From NCBI RefSeq assembly GCF_009914755.1, contig NC_060941.1: a stretch of DNA of 64,000 bases. The stretch is one strand, 5' to 3'. Origin of the DNA: the human T2T-CHM13v2.0 reference genome, Homo sapiens. The notes beneath the pieces were generated by a model. The model saw nothing but the letters and a program-made list of their open reading frames with translations, searched no databases and had not been told where the DNA came from. Shown piece after piece: positions 57,911-64,000 of the stretch (positions within the stretch are counted from its first letter, which is position 1; each line of letters starts with the position of its first letter). The position numbers and the translations under genes are program-made.

Positions 57911-59996
57911 AGCACACAGGAGGGTGAGAGCCTGCCCCCCTGGCCATCCCGAGCCTGCACCTGCCTCCGCCCACCTTTCTTCAGCTGCTCTGGCATGGAG
58001 CCTGTGTCATTGACGTCGCCTGTTTGGGCCAGGTGGCAGGAGTTAGGAGCACGCTCGCAGCCTGTGGCTGGTCCACTTGGAGGATGGGAGAGGCTGGCCA
58101 GCAGGGCCACATGGCTATGTGGACACAGGGCCAAGAGCACTAGAGTCTCCCTACAGCCCGGCTCTGTCGGGGCTCATCCTATGGCTGCTGTGCCCAGGGA
58201 GGCCTTGCACCCCCATCCGTTGCCGTGTTGTCCCCTGCATGTCCACAGCTAGACTGGACATGTCCAGGGTCAGGGCAGGGGGTGGGGGCTCCGGTTGAGA
58301 GGCCGGAGTGTAGGAGGGCAGGTGGGTGTCCACGTGGCCTCCCTTGCTCTGCAGGGACCCGAGGGCCAGGGTGGATTCCTGGGCTGGGGTGTGCGTGCGT
58401 GTGCCCCTGACATCTTCACCGGGGTGTCCGTCTCCCCGCAGCTGGCTGTCTCAAGATGGTGGGATGGGAAGCGTTCAGTTTGGGGCGAGGAGACTCATCC
58501 AGCTGCGGGGGGCGGCGCCGAGGGAGTGGCGCTGACCACCCTGGTTGCATTCCCACGCCCCTGGCCGACCGCCCCACAGCCCTCCAGAGTGTCTTAGGGG
58601 CAAGGGGAGGTCCTGGCCACCCGCCTGCCCAGGAGAGCGGGTGAGAGACATGGGAGAAGGTGTGAAGAATTGGAGAAGCAGAGAGGGAGCCTGCCTGTGC
58701 CCCACCCTCAGTCCCCACCATGGCTGCTCTGAGTCACTTGGCACAGAGCTCTCAGGGGAGGGAGACCGAGGAGGGACGCCATGGGGAGCGTCGGCCACCG
58801 CCCCCCCCCCGCCCTAGCCAAAGGGCTAAATTTACCCTTTTAATAAGAACCAGACTTATATCCGATTTTCCTTTTCTTTTATTAGTTCTGGGCTGTCGGT
58901 GGCTGAGCCCATCCTGTCATCATCACCTCCCGGCCGTTTCCACGCTGATTGGGTTGGGTACACAGCAACCACAGAGTTTTCCTATTAAGGCCTGAGAGAC
59001 GCTGCCTCTGGGCCAGCGCAGGCTTCTGGAAGGTTCTCCTGAGCCAGCCAAGGGGCTTCCCGGGTGACGTGCTCCTGTTCCTGGGCGGGCGCCCCTCCCA
59101 CAGGCTGCTGCAGGTCCCGGGCTGAGCCCATGGCTGCATGCTCTTGGCCTTCCCTGCAGCCCCTCCCTCGCTGCCCCCACACTGCTTCCCATCCTTTCGC
59201 ACCTCGTTTTTCTCTGTTACTCCTTTCTCCCTGTGCCCGCCTCAGTCTCCACTTGTCCAGCTGCCTTCGTGGAGCCACAGGTGGTGGGGAGGTTTGGTGG
59301 CCCCAGGGGGCCAAGGCACCCTCAGACACTTCCAGGCTGTGGGGGCAGAAGAGGCAACAGTAAGCAGGGCGGGCCCCGTGTCCACCAGGTGTGGAGGGAG
59401 CAGTGCTGGACAGACGGACATCTGGTGGCAGCAGGTGTGCAGTCGGGACAGAGCGCCGCCCCGAATCTGGACAGTTTGCGGGCCCTGGAGAGGGCTTCAG
59501 ATTGGAGAGGGTTCCAGGACAGCCCGAGAAACATTGGGTCCTGCTTCTCCACCACAGAGGGGAGCTGGGCCTGGCCACGTGACCTGTTGGCTGCCCGCCA
59601 GAATCTACAAGACTCCCAAGGGCCACTTTAGGGTCTGGGGTCTCACTGCCCCAGGAGACGCAGCTCAGAACTGAGCAGCTGTGCCGGGTCAGGGTCTGGT
59701 TCCCATGCAGCAGTGGGCTGGGGGGCTGGAGCTGCAACTTGATGGAGATCTGAGGCCCCCCTCTACCACCAGTGGGCCGGGACATGCCCCGACCCAGGGC
59801 AGCTGTTCATCCCGGTGCCGCTTCAATGCCACCTTTTGCACAGCGGAGGCCAAGAGCCCTTGCCAAGGTTCAGGTCAGTAAGTGGATAAGTCTGGTGGAG
59901 GCCTGAGCCCTGGGAAGCAGCATCTTTGAGGACTTGCCCAGCTGTGTGGCTCCCATGCCCGAGAACAGAGTCTGCCAAGGTGCGCACACCCACAGA

Positions 59997-60103
59997 CGTG
60001 TGTGTGTGTACGTGTGTGTACGTGTGTGTGTACGTGTGTGCGTGTGTGTGTGTGCGCGCATGTGTGTGTGTGTACGTGTGTGTGTGTGTGTGTGTGTGTG
60101 TGT
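59997..60103. repeat. (TG)n-type microsatellite with TACG/GCGC interruptions
   Basis: ~105 bp of alternating purine-pyrimidine. Confidence 0.93.
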
Positions 60104-63019
60104 AGCCACTCATCCCAGACATGTAGCACAGTCAGACCTTGTGTGTACACCCATAGTCACGTGCATATGCCCAGAGACAGGTTTGCACAGACACACCCCG
60201 TGAGTCACACACAGTCCCTCCCCTGCCTCTGTGCAAGTGTGAGTGTGTGCAAGTGTGAGTGTGTGCAAGTGTGAGGTGCACCCCACATCTCGAGTCTGGA
60301 CCACTAGTGATTGCAGCCAGGGTGGGGGAAGCATCACTGGGTTGTATCTGGGGGTTGAGCCTGCAAACACCTGCACACCCAGCATGCACCTGCCTGTCTC
60401 CCAGCCACATCTGCACACTGGGGTGGCATGTGGCTGGGCCTCTAGCCCCTGCCACAGCAGCTTCTGGTCTCCTGGTGCGGGCGGAGGTCCCAGAGTGGCC
60501 TCTCACCCCAGGCAGAGCCTGGTCTCCCCACCCCGTCCCTCATTCCTCTTTCTGGGCAGCCAAATGGTCAGATGCTACACCCCTGCCTCCAAGCAGGCTG
60601 CACCTCCCCTCTGCATCCACGCAGGAACCTGTGCAGGGCGGCTTCCTCCCCGCGCTTTCCCGGAATGAGGAATGTGGGGCAGGGCCAGCAGGGGGGCTGC
60701 TCCTCCTTCCTGCCTCCCCTCCCGTCCTGCACAGCTCCCTTGGGAGCCTGGCTCGTGGGAAGTGTGCTTGGGACCGCCCATCACTCCGTTCCCAGCCACT
60801 CCTGGTGTCCCCCGCCTGGGCGGGCCCTGTGGGGAGCGGGGAAGGTGTGGAGCGGAAGCCAGTGCCGAGGGAAGAGGGGAGCCTGAGTGGGTGTGGGTCG
60901 GGGGTGGGAGCTGACGCAGGCGGCGGGTGCAGCCGCCAGACTCGGAGCCGGGGAGGCCCATGCCAGCAGCCCGGCAGCTGGGCTTCCGGAAGCAGCGGGA
61001 GCCGGGAGCCTGGGAAGGGCCTCGCTGCTTCTCTGGAGCTGCCGCCATCTCAACGAGGCTTTTTTTTTTTTTTTTTTTTTTACAACCCATTTCACAGTTT
61101 CCAGAAAAGGAGGATGCTGTCTCGGCGGCTCACTTAACTCAAAACAAATGCTCGCTCTGCCGGCTCCGCGCCCGCCTCTCCCGGCTCCCGGGCCCTGCCG
61201 TCCTCTTGTTCCGTCTGCCTTCAGTCTGGTGCCACAGGGCGGAGCAGGGTCAGCCTGGCAGGAGAGTGGGGTGGGGCACAGTGGGCACCTGGCCATCCGA
61301 TTGCCCAGGCCCAGCCTCTGCTGTGTGGGTCCTCGGGACCCTGGATGGGGGCTGCTGGCACGGCTGCTGGACCGACCCTTACAGAGGGAGTGGCTCTCCG
61401 GGGAGTCCTGGGCTCCAGGGCCCCAGCATGCTCTGTACCCCTCAGGCTGCCCAGCATGTGTTGCCCTTCTTAGCCATCCATGGCAAGGAGCCTGGAAGAC
61501 AGGTTGGCAGGAGGCAGGCTAGTTCCCATCGGCTGTCCTGGCCACTTAGGGCCACCTCTGCTGTAAGCCCATGTGGCCAGCTCTCACCTACTGTGTGCCG
61601 GCCTCCCCACACAGCACCCCTGGGCCGGGGCCAGGCTCACTGGGCACCGAGACTCCAGCCCAGCTGTTGTGCAGCTGTTCCCCAGTCTTCCCGCTGCTGG
61701 GCCACCCTGGGACAGCAGGTCCAGGCACAGCCTGCCTCCTGGTCTAGTTGGCTGGACCTTGGGCTCCGGGTCAGACTGGCCTCCCAGGGATGGGGCTGTG
61801 CCCGAGGACCTGAGCCACCTGGGGGTGGCCACAGCCCTCCTGGTGTTGCTGTCTCCCGAAACCATTTCCTCAGCTAGCCGGCCGCCCAAGCCAGGCCTCT
61901 ACAGCATCTTGGGCAGAGCTGAGGTGGCCCTGGAGCTGGGGCCAGAGCCCGGTCTGGATCTAGAGCTGCAAACCCGGCCTGGGCCGGCTGGGCAGTGGGG
62001 GCAGCCGACTGGAGGCCAGTGTGCAGTCCTCGGTGGCCCCGCTGACACCGCATCCCGCTTACTGTCCCTTCCCCAGGAACATCCTAAACTCATGCTGCCT
62101 CCTGTGATGAGAGCTGATGGGAAGCCTGGCAGAGCGGCCCCAGGCAGGCTCTGTGTGGGGCCAGGGTGCCCTGACCATGCACGCGGGTGGGGACAGGCCG
62201 TGTTCAGCCCCCAGCGGAGCACTTGGGGCTATGGGCCTGGACCAGCAACTTAGACTTGGTCATGCTCCATCTCTTACCAGCCCCATGGCGGGCCCACGAC
62301 CGACCTTGGGAGCATGATGGCACTACGTCACATGAGTCTGAAGCCCCAGGTAGGGGAGGTGCCACTGCAGGCAGTGCCAGGATGGGGCACTTGGTCTGAG
62401 GAGGTCTAGGTCAAGACCCCCTCCCTGGCCCCCAGCTGCCTCCGCCTGGGCTGGTAACCACAGCACTTCCTTTGCCAAGAGGAAAGAGCCCTCAGCCCGG
62501 TTCCCGGCTGGCCTTGGCCCACGCGGTCTGGCCCTGGCTGGAGCCCAGGCTACACTCGGCTCCCAGGCAGCTGAGGCACAGGCTCTGTCTGGGGTTGGCC
62601 ACTGGTCGGCGGGGGGGCTGGGGAGGTGGCAGCCTGGTCTGCCCACGGCTCTGCTGGCCAGTCACGGTGCCATCCCCAAACACCGGGAGGCGGGGGTGAC
62701 AGTAGAGGCGTGATGCTCTGTCCTGGGGTTTCCCGGGCTCCTCGGGAGCTGAGTGGGATAGGGAGGGCCTCAGGTGGCCGGCAGTCCCGTCCCCCACACT
62801 CGCAGGGGTCACCACAGTAGTGACCACCTGGCAGGGCCTGCAGAATCTGCTTCCAAGTTTCAAGCCAAGGCCAGGACAGTGGGGGAGAAATCCACGCCTT
62901 TAGAGTAAGCATCTGAGAGCCCCCAGCCGTGTGCAGGGCCCCTGCTCACGGGGCAAGGGGGATGCCGGGCAGAGGCTCTTCCCCTGCCTGGTCCCGTCTC
63001 CGAGGTGCTGGCCTGCTGA

Positions 63020-63582
<563 letters not shown>

Positions 63583-64000
63583 TCTCTTGTGCTTTATTAC
63601 CTGAGCTTATTATGGTGAAAATACAAAGACATAATGTTTGTATGACAAGGAGACAGCAATCCAGGTGGCCCGTTTCCAGAATGAAAGGGAAAAAGAAGTG
63701 AAAGAGATCCCCAGATCAGCAGCCCTGCCTGACTCTGGGCACAGACAGCACTTTGGGACCCCCAGCTTGGTGAGGCTGGTCAGGTGCAGGGAGGGGCTAG
63801 GCTAGAGCCCCCATCCCCTTCCCTCTCATTCCCCAGACTGTGGGGCCGGGGACCCTTCCTCAGTGGGCTCAGATAAGGCAGCACAGCAGGGTCCCCCAAG
63901 TCCGGAGACAGGCTGGTTGCCCACTGAGGGCCCCGTGGGACACCGGGGAGTGTCCTGCCCCCACCTGATGTGGTGTGGGAGAGCTCAAGGTACAGGGTTC

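Noticed and set aside
57106-58140. His/Thr-rich 344-aa ORF and overlapping Cys/Val-rich ORFs
   Set aside because: Direct translation of the TG-rich minisatellite

Overview
Primate (almost certainly human, 17q25.3) genomic DNA spanning the 5' end of BAHCC1 on the + strand. The first ~27 kb is gene-poor and crowded with transposable elements: 27 Alu copies or fragments, old L1M pieces, MLT1/MLT2/THE1 LTRs, a MER1B and MIRs. From ~27.5 kb to ~46 kb I recognise no transposon; this zone holds several CpG islands, a CCAAT-rich promoter, a probable non-coding first exon (donor at 36801), the first coding exon (40698-41081; CDS 40904-41081, [13 protein letters not shown]...) and the MIR4740 hairpin antisense in the following intron. 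The rest is intron with micro- and minisatellites, and the next coding exon lies beyond the window. Most notable unexplained signal: if exon 1 splices to exon 2, an upstream ATG at 36654 reads without a stop across the junction into a second, strong-Kozak ATG at 40701, giving a 73-aa upstream ORF nested around a 23-aa one. Other signals: twin promoter modules with an exact 15-bp repeat, a hairpin-core UG-rich minisatellite, a (CCTG)10(CCTT)17 intronic tract, and a truncated Alu flanked by a 27-bp inverted repeat. Nearly all long six-frame ORFs are artefacts of GC richness, Alus or repeats. Gene and repeat names are from recall, not database searches.
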